Positions 12,687 to 26,619 of a stretch of DNA of 64,000 nucleotides are shown here, in pieces. Below the pieces are notes generated by a model. The model saw nothing but the letters and a program-made list of their open reading frames with translations. It ran no database searches and had not been told where the DNA came from. A program made the translations under genes and the position numbers. Each line of letters opens with the position of its first letter. Positions within the stretch are counted from its first letter, which is position 1. Origin of the DNA: Catajapyx aquilonaris (lineage: Eukaryota). The stretch spans positions 62,001 to 126,000 of the forward strand of contig KZ538244.1 of the NCBI GenBank assembly GCA_000934665.2, given 5' to 3'.

Positions 12687-15600
12687 GTGGAGTTAAAACA
12701 GGTCGGAAGGCCCATATTACGATATTACATTAGAGTAAGGGATTAATGCAGCAGCTTTGTAGTGTGTTTGCATGTAGGAAGTTGGGCTTAGTGTTATCAG
12801 TGGCCTTTGAGCAGGTCACGAGTACCACTTCCGATGCAGTAGCGGCGTCGGTGGTATAAGAGTCGCGGCTCCGTCAAGCATCGTCGGCAGAGGCGGACCC
12901 ACAAAAAATACGACGTCGGTGGGGGTGGATTTGAGCAGGAATCCTTTCAAAGTCAGTTCGGCGTTCGAGTGGAAATGTGTAGCGGCATACATTTTTCCCC
13001 TGCCTCCTCATCGGCCGAATTTGAACCAGTTAGGGTTAAGTAGGGGCTTTAGGGGCTATGTCGGTAGCATTAGGAATGGACTTGGCTTTGTGAACGGGAA
13101 ATGAGGCTGGGACTGCCTCCACCGCCAGAGAGAGAGGTTTGAAGTTGGGTAGAAAGAGGGTCGGGAGGGGGTGGGGGTTGACACTGGCAGACTTTCTTTC
13201 CTAATGCGGTCGCCGTCTTGCTGGGTCTGGCATTAAGTGGCTCTCCCGATGGAGTCTTGGTGGAAACTTAAATCGCCAAAGTTGTTCCAGTCCGCAAAAC
13301 TCCGGGCAAAGATTTCATTTAAATTTCCATTCTGAAAGTTGAGTCTGAGTTGAGGGAAGGCTCTTCATTATTTCCCGAAGAGATCCGGGCGGAGAAGAGG
13401 AGAAGTGGCGAGGTCGTTATGAATTGCATTCTGGGGCCGGAACCTCCGGGGTCCTGAGCAGATGCCAAGTGCCTCCTTCTTTTCCCCCTTCCCACATACA
13501 TAAATAAGCGGAGGGCTTTGACGGGATTTCTGCCTGAGAGCCCCTTTCTCTTTCTCTCTCTCTCCCTTTTTTAAGGGAGGGGAGAGAGAACTAGAGCTCT
13601 GCTGGCCCAGCACACATCCCACGACTCCGCCTGTAATTACTACTGCAGCCGGATTTATCATTTCGCCAAGCGCTGGCTCCACCTTTTCCCTCCCAGCTAC
13701 CAGATTGCGCATTTTTTATTATTCACGCTTTAGTTTGTTCGTTTATTGCGCAAAGGACTGTTAAAAGACCTTAGAGTGGAACGCTGTGCATTCTAATAAG
13801 GGTGCTCCAGGGAGGAAATGACTATACGCCTGGTTCTATACTTACCTGCTGAACGAGCCAGGCTTGCAAGTTGCCGGATATCCAGGATAACAATTCGGTT
13901 CGTTTTAGTAGCGATAGTATGTCATTTTATATTGCATGAGTGTTGAAGCTACAGGCTGATTTTTAATAGCTCAGATTGCTATAGTTGATATTATGATCTA
14001 ATTTTCCAGATTTATTAAGTAGCGTAGTAAGTGAAGTGCCAAATTCTTGCTTGTGTCTAATTCGGAGGTACTTACCCGTCTGTGGCTCCTGTTTTTGGGC
14101 GATCCATGCAGTGCCCTGAAACGAAGTACTTGTTGGTCTGGTTCCATTAGTCCCCGATAGCGCTTAGAGAGAGCGTGAGAAAGGAGAAGGCGAACCGTTG
14201 AGTTGTGGTCTGGAATGAATGCAGTTGGGTGGGAGATGCGCGAATGCGGAAATAGGAAGGAGGGTAAGGGAAGGGAGGGTTTGGGGAGGAGGAAAAGTGC
14301 GGTGGGCATCTGGTGCAACTGACAGGAACAAGAGCGGGGATGGTCCACCCAAGAGACGGATGGCCAAGTCTGCGGGATGGCCGGTTGCTGGAAAGAGGAG
14401 AAGGAAGTACTGGATGCCCCAAAAACCGACCAAGAAGTCTGAAAAATAATAGTTGGCTTGGGCAGAAGTGCGTGGATTCCCCCGCAGGCGTCGACACTAC
14501 GGAATGATCCATCGTCCTGCTTTATTCCTTTCCATTAGCGCCAATTTAGGGGCCAGCGCTAATTAGACCCCGCGTTATTCCTCCACTAGGATGGGGGGGG
14601 GTGCCATTCCTGCCTTCCGCTGGCCTAATTGCGAGTTAACTTAATTCCGCATTTATTTTACGACCCTCGCCTTTTTGCTCGGAATGGACGCGTGCCAGTT
14701 GCGGCCGACGAGCTCTCTAATGGCTGCACCATTGGTTGATGGATGGCTGCTGGGCCCAATAAACCCACTACCCTGAGTTCGGCGCCTCTTTATTAACAAA
14801 ATATACATATAGTACAAAGCGGCTTCACCTTTTCACTCTGGGCCTGTGTCGACTTGCAAGTGGAAAAGATCCGCCAGCCACAACGCTCACAATACAAATC
14901 AACTACCCAACGTTACAAAGATACACCCTACAAGTGGGCTAATACACCACGGTAACTATTGCCTTGTGAGTTTCATATTGAGCTGAAGAACAATCACAGG
15001 TGTTTTAGGACATAGAACAACAATCTGACGAGGCGGCTAACAAATAGTACAGGCTATTATTTATTATTATTATTATTATTGCTCTTCGGTTGGACAGAAG
15101 ATGAGACAGAAAGTTGCTTAGAAATGACGCCGCCTGCGTCTTTTGCTTTTTTTTTTGTTAGACAGTTTCGACATTGAACGTCACATGTAATAGTGCACAG
15201 GACATACACGACAGTGTTCTGGAGAACAACAGTGGCGCCGACATTATTTATTTTCTCGTATCTCCATCACACAGAACTACCAACATCCTAACAAACTCAT
15301 ACACCAATTTCTACTTCCTCTACATCGTTTGCTGTGTAATATACTTTTTGTTTGCTTATACGCTCTATTGGCTATAGGAATATTGCAGTGCGTGAAACAA
15401 AACTATGAACATTCCCTGAAACTCCTGGAAGCTATAACTGTCTATGGAACACAGTCTCTATCGCTGCAAACATGGTCTGACAGCTAAAGTGCATAATATT
15501 CAGTGACTCAAAACTGTTCGTTGAACGATAAACCACAGACTCTAGTTATTATTATTACTTTAGTCGATTATTACTTAGTATTGTTATTATTATTATTATA

Positions 15601-18600
15601 TTGCTACTTGTATTGCTCTGGGGCCATTGCATAGGGTTCTGCATCAGCTTGGGCTTGGAAAATCCTCGCTGCAGGAGGCCCGGCTACGTTAGTTATTGCT
15701 ATCGGAATACCCGGCAACCCATATTCCAAGGAATTGCCTAGCTCGTGCTGGGTTCTGCCTCTCTTCGCTCCGTCTCATCCCAAAACCCATTTTTATTTTG
15801 GGCTCGACACTTCCAAAAAAAAAAAAGTGTTCGGTCCGGTATCCACCACCTGCTCGAGGCCTAAACCTATACACAACTTTATTCTGTCATACAGCCATTG
15901 TCTTCCAAGCCTACATTTCAACCAGGTTGCGTGAGTTGACTTGTTATTGCATTAGTAATCATATTGCCAGAACAAGGCGACTTTCTGAATTATTGCGGTG
16001 TGTCAGTTAGGTACTACAAAAGTTTGCTCTTTTGGCGGAGGTCAAATACCACACGTTCCTCAGGAGACAGCGTGAAACTTCAGACCCTTATTTTTAGAAT
16101 TACAGTGTTTTAAAGTCGTTCGTTGCAGTCATCTCGCTTTGAATAAAAAAAAACTGCGTGACGAACTCACCAGAACTGCTTCATTTTTAACCAGCGAATT
16201 AATTATGTACTTTGCTCAGTCGGATCTACCAGCAAGGTTGCTTTATATTTCAATACACCGTCGCTCCTCCTCGTGCAGATTGAACTGCAGGCTTCAGTTC
16301 AAAGTGAGCATAATATACTAGTGTGGTAGTGGATTCTGATCCGATTGATTTCCATCTCCCCAGCTATACCGTACGCCTTATTCGTCTTTTGTATAAAAAT
16401 ATAATCAATCTGCATTATATAATTTGTGCCGCCCATACCATCGGCGGACCAACACCCCCAGAAAATCCCCCTCGATTCCCCCACAACTAACCTCAAATTC
16501 CCCCGAATTATTTATCAACTATTGCATAGACTACTTGTTACGGCGCATGCTTCGCACCTACACCTAATTGCATCTAAAGGGACGTCCCTGCTCTTTTAAT
16601 TTTTTTTTTTTAATTCGCAAATTTCTACAGTACACAACGTGTGAGATTGGGCGCTGCAGGCGTGTCTCCGAAAAAAAGGCCTCTCTCGGAACATATCACG
16701 CGTGCGTACTTTATTATTATTATTTTTAAAACATAGCCAAAAAAAGTAGCTGAAAACTGAGCACCTGCGTGATCTGCTCTATGTTAATGAGGCCTACTCA
16801 CGAGGGACTAGCGACGGAGTTAGCTGTCGGAAGGGGGTAACGCCGCCTGCGGTGCAACACCTCAGCATGCAACGCACCCCCAGTTTGATTTGCGTCAAAG
16901 TTGCGGAAACTGAAAAGGAGAAAGCAGGGACGGAATGGACTTGTGTCGCTGTTCTCTCCTCGTCAAAAAATGTTGCCTAAGGAGGTAGCAGCTGCTCAAA
17001 TAGCTGCTTATTTTCGTCACTACCAGCTAGCTACATGTACACAAAAATAATTTCTGTCCAGGTTGATCATGCCGTGCTGCTGTGGGCACGGCGGATCCTG
17101 GGCTACATCATGGGACACTCCGGCTGCTGTCCGGCTGAGAAATGTCCCGGACCAGCTCTGGATTCGGGCTGAAAGAGGGCCATTTCTCCTCGACGACGGC
17201 TCTCTTCTACGGCGCTACGGATGGACGAGGGGACTTGGATCTCAGCGGGATTCCACTCCAAAAAGACGAAGGAATAAGGAACCAGGAGGGAGGAAAATTT
17301 CTCTCTTTCCTGGCCCACCTGCAAACAAAAAAAAAATAGGGGGGGAACCCGTTTTATTGCCGACAGCTACTTTTCCTGCGCTCCGGAATAACGGGACGCT
17401 TCTCCATGAGAAGAACAAAAAGAAATTGCCGGCAGTTACAGCCCTCGTATTTCTTTAAGAGCTTTTCATGCACGGGGGCGTCCTATGCAATTCATGCGTA
17501 ATACCTGCTCGGATGTATCTGAATGTTTCTACTGTAAAGTTGGAGGGTCAAAAAAAAGTTACTTAATGATATAGAAAAATTTAGATTTTATGGCTCATAG
17601 CGATGCAATGTAACCGCTTGCACTTTGAGCAGGAATTCGAAGAGCGGGGATTAAAAGAGAAATCGGGACGTAAGAGGACAGCCGTAAAATCCACAAGCAA
17701 CGTTCCCGTGTTTACGGCAGCTATCAGAATTGCTTTGAGGAGGTTAGTAAAACGCGTACTGGTGCTATTGATTCAGCATTGTAGGACCCACAGCTGTTAA
17801 GTTAGGTTAGGCTTGACCCGTAAACCCAGATTTGATGATCCCGAGGGCAGAGCGGCGGGTTATCTGTCCGACAGCGCGGAATAAAATTACGAGCACGTTG
17901 CCAGGACCTATTAAAAGCCATGCGGTTAATACACCGAAACTAACAGTACTGACCTTGTCGGCACCTTGTAGACTGGGGGATGTCGGGTCGGACCACCGGT
18001 ACCTCCGGTATCTCCTCCTTCCTGCCTGGTCCGATGCCCCTCTGCGACTGCCTGCCACACAACGAGACCAACCGCCCCCGCCCCCCCCCCTCCCCCGCCA
18101 TACCCCCATTGCTCCCTCCACCGTACCCCACCCAACCCCAACCCAATCCGGAGCCCCCAAAATCTCCTCCGTGCTCTTGGCCAATAGAAACCTTGCCTCC
18201 ATTCACTCTTCACTCATCCTTTTTGCACTACTTTTCTCCTTCGTTTCCTTTACATGTGCCTTTACACCCAGCTCCACATGTCTATTCGGTCTGGAAAATC
18301 CGGGAGCCCCCTACCCTCCTCCTACCATCCCCTTGCCCTCCTTTTCCATTTGAAAACAAAAGTTCGGACTCCGGAACCTTCCTACTCGATGTATGGAAAG
18401 TCCGGGAAGGAAGTTTCCAACAAGAGTGTACAGAAAGGCAGGCAGTTTGGCGGAATATCGAGGCCCGGATTCAATTGCGGAGGAGGATGGAACGTGCCGG
18501 CTAATTAGCAACTCAAGGGCCTGCCCTCCAAAACCTCACGGGTCGGAAACGCAGGGAAAACTGCTCCTGCCCCCCCCCCCCCCTTTAACATTTCAATGCA

Positions 18601-21600
18601 TTATTGACATACCCCCGTCGTTGGGAATAAAGACACTGTAGAATTGACTTCCCAGACGCAATTTACCCAGCGGTTTGTGTTCGACTCCTGCCGGGGGACC
18701 AAAAGGGAACAAATCGCTCTGTTTGCCGCTTACTCGAACAATTCGACTGTTACTCCCAAGAACTGTATAATTGGGGGGGAATATCGCTGTTCTCTGCTTA
18801 CAGCAAACATACCAGATGCAACGCAAGGGGAGAAGATAGGATATCCTTGCTCTCTACGGCAACATTTCAGCCTCTCTTGTCATGCGGGTTGCCTGTATTC
18901 CAGGCGTTGCACGTGAGGTTTTGGAAAACCCGATTTTTGTAGATGGGATTCAAAAGTAGGTCTAGTATCCGTTATTCTGGCACGTCAGGTTATTTCAATC
19001 AAAGTTAGTAGTCATTATGCGTAAATATCTCCAAAGGAATGATCCGGCACAAAATTGCAGTGATACAATATTGGCAGATATTGTGAGCCGTGGGATACGA
19101 GGCCAACGTTAGAAAATGTTAAGTAAAATATTAACTTACCGTATGTAGGATACATATACAATAGCTATGTATGATTGAAGATCTTCCTTCACTTCTTAGT
19201 AATTTGTGCATATTTCCAGACTACTTAATTCGATTGAGGTTCAATTTAACGGGCCATTGGACGTATTTGAAATGTAGCCTACGCGTATTTGTAGCGTATG
19301 TTTGTATTTTACATAAGAATTCCTCGAGCTGACATTTTTGGGCTTCAAATCAAAATGCTAATTTGTTAACGCGAGTTTTAAAAATCCTTATAAAAGTATT
19401 AGAAAACTGTTTTAAATAACTTGAAGTAAGATGACCCAAAGTAGGAGTGAATTGCGAAGAATCTAAGCTAGGCTACTGCAAAAACTTTGCATGGTTGGGT
19501 TACAACATGTGAGATGAGGTGTTTTGTTCATTTACATGCCGATTCTTTTCTACGTCTACAAGCAGAGAAAGTAATGAGCGGCAAATTGCACCAGGACAGT
19601 GAATGTACAAAAATAGTTATGAAAAACAGTCATATTCTGGTCACATTTGGTTAATTATCCTTTGTGCATTTATGTGAAGATTAGAATATAGTGTCAATTT
19701 TGAAATAAGCCTCGAAATTAGAACTAGTTATTAAAATTTACTCACCGGACAATTAGTTTAAAATGCAGTGCAGTGTTGTCAGTTGAGTGGACATGAGTGT
19801 GTCACTATAACTAAATTCGATTAGGCCTCTACTGTGACGGTCCAATAATTAGGCAGCATACCCAAAATTTGGGTGTCTCTAATTTTTTTACATTACATAT
19901 GTGTCATGCTGTATCGATATTTAAAAGGGGGAAGCCGATAGGGAATTTGTGAACTTCATACGCTTTCAAATATTCAACTGTTTGACAACGAAGGTCTTTT
20001 ACCAAAATTACACGCTTATTCTATTTACGTATTACAGTACTGTACTGTACCGGTATATCCTTTTTGAAGAATCGGTTCAAATAGGTTTAAAAACAATCGC
20101 GCATATACATTTCATTTTAAGGATTTAAATGGTAGATCTACTCTGTGTGTGGAAGGTTATTCGGGAGGTTATTCGGGTATCAAATGAGCTGTCCACTCTA
20201 CCAACCGCCTCTTGCACTGTTCGCATCCCTCTGCATTTTAAATATTTCGACTAACGAAGGTACCGGTATTGCTCTGCGTGTACATCACATCTAAGTGTGT
20301 ATACTGAAATGAGGAACACAAGGTCTGCTGCTGAGTGAGTGCGATCACAACATATTTCAGGGGTAGCGCTAAATCTTACTTGCATTGTTGAGTACCGCAA
20401 TTTGTTAAAAGCAAATGCAAGTGCGAGATAATATTAAAGGAAAAAATTTGACCTGCCTGACATGATAGTGGAGACAGTTAATCCTGGCTTTCTGTCTCTC
20501 TGTGAATCATAAGGATGAATGGACTTCATCACTCGATGCAGCAGAATAATGGTGTATTGAAATTTGTGAAAACTTAAAACCGCCAGAATTGAACATTATG
20601 TGCCTTTCTCGTATGCCCACAACACGGTGACGTTTTTGGAAAAGAACATGACTTGTCCTAAAAAGTCAACTCGATGATAATAACTAGAGATACATTTTCA
20701 AAGTAATAGACCGCAGTTAAAAAGAATATCCTTAACAGACGGCATTTCTGCCCTCTTTCACTATTTGATGGGGACATAAGTTTTGTGATTCCATGGTTTA
20801 TAGAGTAAGGTACTTTACACTTCATACCGTAGTAATGAAGCATCCGCAACCAAAAGGATGAAGGCGATTTGCCATTTTTTTTTGGTAATCGCAGTTGATA
20901 TCTAATAAGTCTTGGCTATTTGCAGTCGCAATTTTTACAACCTACAAGTAGTGTCAGGGTAATCACCGATATGAAGGTAATTTAACTGGCGCGCGCATGT
21001 CTACTACCGTATTTAGAATAAAATATTACGGTGGAAGGCAATATGTGTAGGTTAATCAATCTGGTACTTTCTGGACCTAAAATAGGAAATTTGCGATATT
21101 CCATTACATAATTATCATCTCTATGATTTAAGCGATTTTTTCTTTATTACGGAGATTATCGCATAATTCATGCCCTTGAATAGCTATCAGTGCACGTCAC
21201 ACTATCCGTGTAGGAGATGGGGCAGAATAACCCACGCAATGAACACCGTTATTAATATTATTATCCATGTGCGTGCGATAAAGTAAGTTTGGCATTTAAT
21301 TCTTTACGTATAATGAAGGAAAAAAATCTTGTACTGGAATGTTGCAAGAAGCCTAAATCCTTATTGAAGTGTGGATATTTGGAAGCATCTTGACCGACCC
21401 ATTTCTACCAACAGGGAACTGAGATCATGGATTTGATCCGTTTTACTGTAGGCCATGTCCTCCTACCATGCCTCCTAGTATTGTACAGTGGTTATAAAGG
21501 ACGCTCCATTGAACTTAATAAAAGAAATTCTTTTTTTAAATACTCCAAGAACTAATAAACTGTTCAGACACAAGTGTGCTTAATCAAAATCAGCTTAATG

Positions 21601-22978
21601 CCAAAAAATCGCTCACTATTACGGACGCTTTAATTGAAAGCCTAATTTTCGTGGTGCATCAAAATTACTGTGCTACATATTCGACTATGCCTGACCACGG
21701 TATAATATGACTTACAATACACTTCATCTAATATACCTAATATACCTGGTGTAATATATTCATAAATCACTCGCTTATTGTTAAAGTATCACATTTACCT
21801 AACGCGAGAGTACGGTATTAAGTTAATTGGCCTGTATAGTTATATTAATCTGTATAATTAATTTTGTTCACTTTTATCAGGTTCCATAACAAGTAGTCTA
21901 CTATTCTGAGATTAGGTTTTCTCAAATGATCGGCCATGCTGATCATCTTTGATTCATACCCGTGTAATACTGTATGTCTACCAGGTAATTATAGCACACT
22001 CTATTCTAGTGTAGAATCCATTGCTTTCATGTCTCGTAATTATTATGTCAGTTGCTGAACCCGCCCCTTGAAAATATTGCTTTACTCCGAATACTCTAAT
22101 CAAGTTGAAGTATTTACGAGGTAATGGCATTTGAATATGACGTTGTGAAGAGACTGGAAGTGGTCATAAAGCATTGTATTCTGCGACAGCATCCGACTGA
22201 TTCTGGCATACTCCGCGAGATAGCGGATGGTGCAAAGAGTCAGCTCTAGGAGAAAGCGCTTCCCTCGGAACACTTGCCAACCACTCTCCGGAAGCGGGTT
22301 TTACCAACTATAGACACTCTTACGCCTGCTGTACGGTAGGGTAGACCGGGGCACGATGACTACAGGGGTACGATGGCACAGTCTTTGTGAAGAGGTTATT
22401 AGGTTCACGGACCTGATGCTTATGCGGTAGGTACAGAGAGACATGCTCCACGTTACATCCTATTTTCAATCACGCAAAACGGCAAAAGGCTGTCGGCGGC
22501 AGTAACGATTTTTTAAAGGTTTTTGACCATTTGAGTAAATTTCCAATTTTCATTAGTTTTTCTTCTTTCTTTCACCGGAAGTGCTAGATCACCCAGTCCA
22601 ATAATGCGTTTGCAAGGCAGAATATCTGCCTACAAAATTACAGCATAAATGGCCATTTCATATTTGTCACTCAAGAGTATATAGGATAGGAGGACTCGAA
22701 AGGTGAAAAAAATGCCCACGGGGCACGATGGCACATTTTGGCACGGTGGCACATGTCCCTACCAATCTTGGCTGACCATGGGGACCATGGCATCTATGGC
22801 AGACCATGGCAGTCGCTATAACTAGTCCCTCTCCCCTGTCACTTATTAGGCCGGGCCCATGCACTTTCCCCAGTTTCCGGCTACTTATTGCTCCTTATTA
22901 GCTGGAGGACACGCTATGTTATCCTGCAGGCAAAATATTCTGAATATCTTTGTAACATCTTCGTAATCTCTTGTAACT

Positions 22979-23233
22979 ATATGAAGAGTCCAGGGGAAAA
23001 AGGGGGAATGTCAAATTCCATTTGGGGTTCCTGCCAAGTGCACAGTACAATAGTACCGTAGGTGCCACTTATACCTGGAGGCTTTCCATGGGTACAAGGG
23101 GGACAGTTGCATATAATGACGTGAAGATATCCCTATTATTCCTTATACACGTGAAGAAATAGAGCAATTTCTTCGATTTCTCACGAAACTTTTTTATGTG
23201 ACATTCCCCCTTTTTCCCCTGGACTCTTCATAT
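22979..23233. mobile_element. MITE with perfect terminal inverted repeats, possibly Sola-like (ATAT target duplication)
   Basis: ATATGAAGAGTCCAGGGGAAAAAGGGGGAATGTCA (22979-23013) is the exact reverse complement of 23199-23233 (35/35). The outer ATAT may be an AWWT-type TSD. The superfamily call is inference. Confidence 0.85.
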
Positions 23234-23414
23234 GGATATGAATCGACAATGTGTGGGGCAGTGATTTTCATATTATTTCATAAGCCCTACCTTAGCCTTA
23301 TATTACTGTGCCAACGTGCCCCATGCCTTGTGCCATTGTGGATAGCATATATCTAATATACAACCATGCGAAAATATCACATATTCTCAAATGTTTAAAG
23401 AATTTATCAGTATA

Positions 23415-24266
23415 CTAGCAGGTTACCCGGCGTTGCACGGGTATGTTCGGGTGCTGGTAAAGATAGGGGTACATATCTGTGATAGATTACCTGCTTGTCT
23501 TATAGCGTACAGTCGACACGGATATTCTGATTGGATGTGGAAAAGGAGGAATGTGGATGGAGTTGGCCCTGGAAAAGACTGCACAGCCATGTGTTTTTTC
23601 CCCTGCATTTTTGACCCCTTGACCCCCCTCCCCCCCAACCCCACTTCACACCCCCACCTCGTTCCATATGTTTGCTCTGGATAACTTTAGAAATGTACGT
23701 ACAGATGTATGATGGGAAATTTTGTTTTCAACACGGAGTAATATAAAGTGGTGCTGCGGAACGTCGGGTTCGATCCCAGCCCGGGGTTCCCTCCTTCATC
23801 CCGTGCAGAGTTGGGTCGTCTCTGGCTTCGTTTCGGGTGGAATCTCCTCAGACTAATCCACCCGGGGGAGTTCACAAAATATACCGTTTGAGAATTGCAC
23901 TTGCACCTTGCACATCCCCTCCCAGTCACCCTGCCCGTGGGCCCGGGCGCTACGTCAAAAAGGTTCCATCAAGACGAAATAAAGGTTCCCTCCCTGCGGT
24001 ACGATGCAGGGAGGTAAATAGCTTTAAAAAGATAGGCATTTCCATGGGAATGCAAATTGATTTGGTGTTATTATTGTAAGCTAATTGTTGAGGCAGGAAT
24101 ATGCGTGTTGTGGGAGTTAGGTACATTTTCGGAAGCTGAAACATGCGGCGTTAGATTCCTTGGAAAAAGTAACCCCCGATATGCTAATTTAAGGCGGTGT
24201 AGGGGCCTTCCCCTGGATTTCTATAAGGGACAAACATCCAAACTTCCTTATTTATAGATATAGAGA
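23415..24266 (-). mobile_element. Non-autonomous Helitron (~850 bp)
   Basis: The minus strand begins A|TCTCTATATCTATAAATAAGG (5' TC) and ends with the hairpin TACCCG-TGCAACGC-CGGGTA (23443-23424) followed by ACCTGCTAG|T. These are the canonical Helitron TC...hairpin...CTRR ends, inserted between A and T with no TSD. Confidence 0.8.
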
Positions 24267-24287
24267 TGTTGCAAATGACCCATTCAC

Positions 24288-24460
24288 TACACTCTTAACC
24301 TTTTACCTTCTCTAGAGAAGGTAAAAAGAGGCCATTTTTACCCTCTATTTTATAAGGTAATACATGCAAATTTTACCTTCTAATCAAGTTACCATATAAT
24401 AATTTACCCTCTAATGTAAGGTAAAAAAATGGCCACTTTCTTACCCTGTATTACCCTGGA
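24288..24460. repeat. Short palindromic sub-repeat block (TTTTACCYTC units), likely a transposon end fragment
   Basis: Starts TACACTCTTAA. Contains the perfect 26-bp palindrome TTTTACCTTCTCT|AGAGAAGGTAAAA (24301-24326) and repeated TTTACC/GGTAAA motifs. Flanked by a duplicated TGTTGCAAATGA (24267, 24506). Confidence 0.55.
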
Positions 24461-26619
24461 GTCTTCTGATAGTTTTAATTGTTGCTGCCTATATAAAAAA
24501 TGTTATGTTGCAAATGATCTTGTTGCTGAATAATCCGCTCAGCACAATAGTTCGCATATGAATATTAGTGTAGATCCAAAGTAGGGCAGTGGAAAAAAAA
24601 CGGATGGGTTCATGTCCTCTGTGTGTCGTATCCGTCACGTGTCATTTTCATTAGCCACTGTTTTATGGGCCAGTTCATGCCTTCAGTCCCAGATATGTCC
24701 ACAGGTCTCATCGTAAATAAACACACAGGTGTGCTTTTGTGCTCGATGCGTTCGTGCCATACGCTCAGGCACGCGAATCGACACTAAAGTTTGTTCTTGT
24801 TCATACCTGTAGTTACTTAGGTGGAAAGGCACTTTTTTTGGAGGGGGGAGGGGGGGAAAGAGGGTTGGTTTCGATGGGGCGGAAAGGCGAGTGTGAATAT
24901 TTGGTAGGCATGCTTCTTGACGAGGCAAAAGGAAACTGTCAGTTGTATAAGCTCTCCTTTTCCTCGCTTCTCCCTCGTGGAGCGACTTAATGAAGCTTCA
25001 TTAATGTGCCAACGATTTTGAGGAGGGGTGAAGGAGCGGAGATGTTGGGAGGGGGAAAGGGGAGCTTTTAAGAAGTCAACAATGAACAGACGTAACAGGG
25101 ATGGAAATGTGGCGCCGAGCGATATTACAGGATGTTGAAGGGTAAGTGTTTGTTAATGGGTGAAATTTCAGGATGTAAAATATGAGTGAGGGAAATGTAT
25201 TCACACCAGCAAAATAGTTAAGCTGTTAATTGAAATACTACAAACTAATTCATCCTTCCAGCAACCAGAGGCGCTGCTTCCTCCCATTGCGCAGGCGTAG
25301 AACGAGAGCCAATCGGTAGCGTCGCCGTCGCGTAAACAGGCCTCACACATACAGTACAACTATTTTAATAGTTATACAGAAATAGATTTCAATATTAAGT
25401 AATTTTCTTGAAATTGTGACTGTTCTTCGTCATCATTTTCTCAGCCATCAGTCCTTGTTTGCATATTCTCTCGCCTATCTTTCACGACTCGTTCCAATAT
25501 TCCCACGTCTCCTTTATTTATTTTTTGAAAGTCCGGATTAGTCTGAAGTGTAACCCTTCATATGTTGAATAACGAAGGAAATGAGTAAAGATCCTCATTC
25601 GTCGGCACGTGGACCCGACGTTTTCCTTTGCAAACCCTCATCGATTATCCCCCCCCCCCCCCCCCCCCCCCACNTAGACTCGTTTATATACCGTAATCCT
25701 TCGTGCAGATTTTCTTACCCTCCTAGCGTCCCTCGTAACGAAGAATAATAATATTAAGGATATTAAGTGGGACTTCTGGCACCAGAAGTTGATCCGCTCT
25801 CCCACGAGACGGAGCTCAAATCAAGACGTATGGGTGGAACTCTCCGAGTGATGAGCCGCCATCTTTTGTGTGTGTGTATCTGAAAGAGTATTGTTGAGAG
25901 TTGTTTTTAAAAAATGGCGGGTGTCGTAGAACCGGATGAAGGCTAATTAGTTGAGGGGAGAGGCTAAAACGTGCAGAGTCGAATTTCATGTCTTGATGAG
26001 ATTCATTTCCTTGGGATTCCTTACAGGAAGCTGTATTTTTTAGTAGAGGGGGACCAGGTCGTTTGGTTTATTGTTTCTTGCGCTCCCTTTTAGAAGGAGA
26101 TTAGGCGGTTGGGTGCTTTATTAGACACGTGGCTCTTTAATGACGAATCGGGATAGATAGTGTTTTACTGGGTGGTGCTGGAGCCATGCAGGACACTTTA
26201 CAGCAAGAAATATTGCTTGAAATATGAGGCGTGTTGTTATGGGCGAACCCACCCCGCCCACCCACCCCGTAAACTGCGGGATGATCAGCATTTTGGGTTG
26301 GCACTGTAACCACACATGCAAGGATTCAATTTATTCCCTTTCCCCTTACTACTTATTCTGGGTTTCCTTCCCTGACAAGGCTTTTCCTGCATCGCGCTAG
26401 ATTTATGGGGGCGGGAGAAAACGACTACTTTTTGCAAGCGAAAAATACCAAATGGGAAGAGGAGGAGGAGGGGGAAGGGAAGGAAGGAAGGAAGGAAGGG
26501 AGCCCGGAAAAACCGAGATGGGCCTGTAAATACGGGGGATGGGGATAGTGTGCATGACGTTGGCTTTTATGAAACGAAAATGGGCGAAAAGTGCATGGCA
26601 AATTGTAGAATTTTCTCAT

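Larger units (their letters stand above)
22339..24645. mobile_element. Degenerate TA-flanked DNA-transposon remnant (pogo/Tc1-like) hosting the MITE and the Helitron
   Basis: Left end TA|GGGTAGACCGGGGCACGATG...GGGGTACGATGGCACA. The motif GGGGCACGATGGCACA recurs at 22720-22735 and inverted (TGTGCCAACGTGCCCC) at 23307-23322. The right end is only a degenerate match near 24620-24645. Confidence 0.45.

Noticed and set aside
13838..13848. U1 snRNA gene (ATACTTACCTG)
   Set aside because: The match stops after 11 nt and the downstream sequence does not continue as U1. Better read as a minus-strand donor.
17807..18504. Pro-rich and Gly-rich ORFs of 130-174 aa
   Set aside because: Produced by C/G homopolymer runs, with no coherent protein features.
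23750..23790. tRNA gene
   Set aside because: Only a B-box/T-arm-like motif is present. No acceptor or anticodon stems were found.
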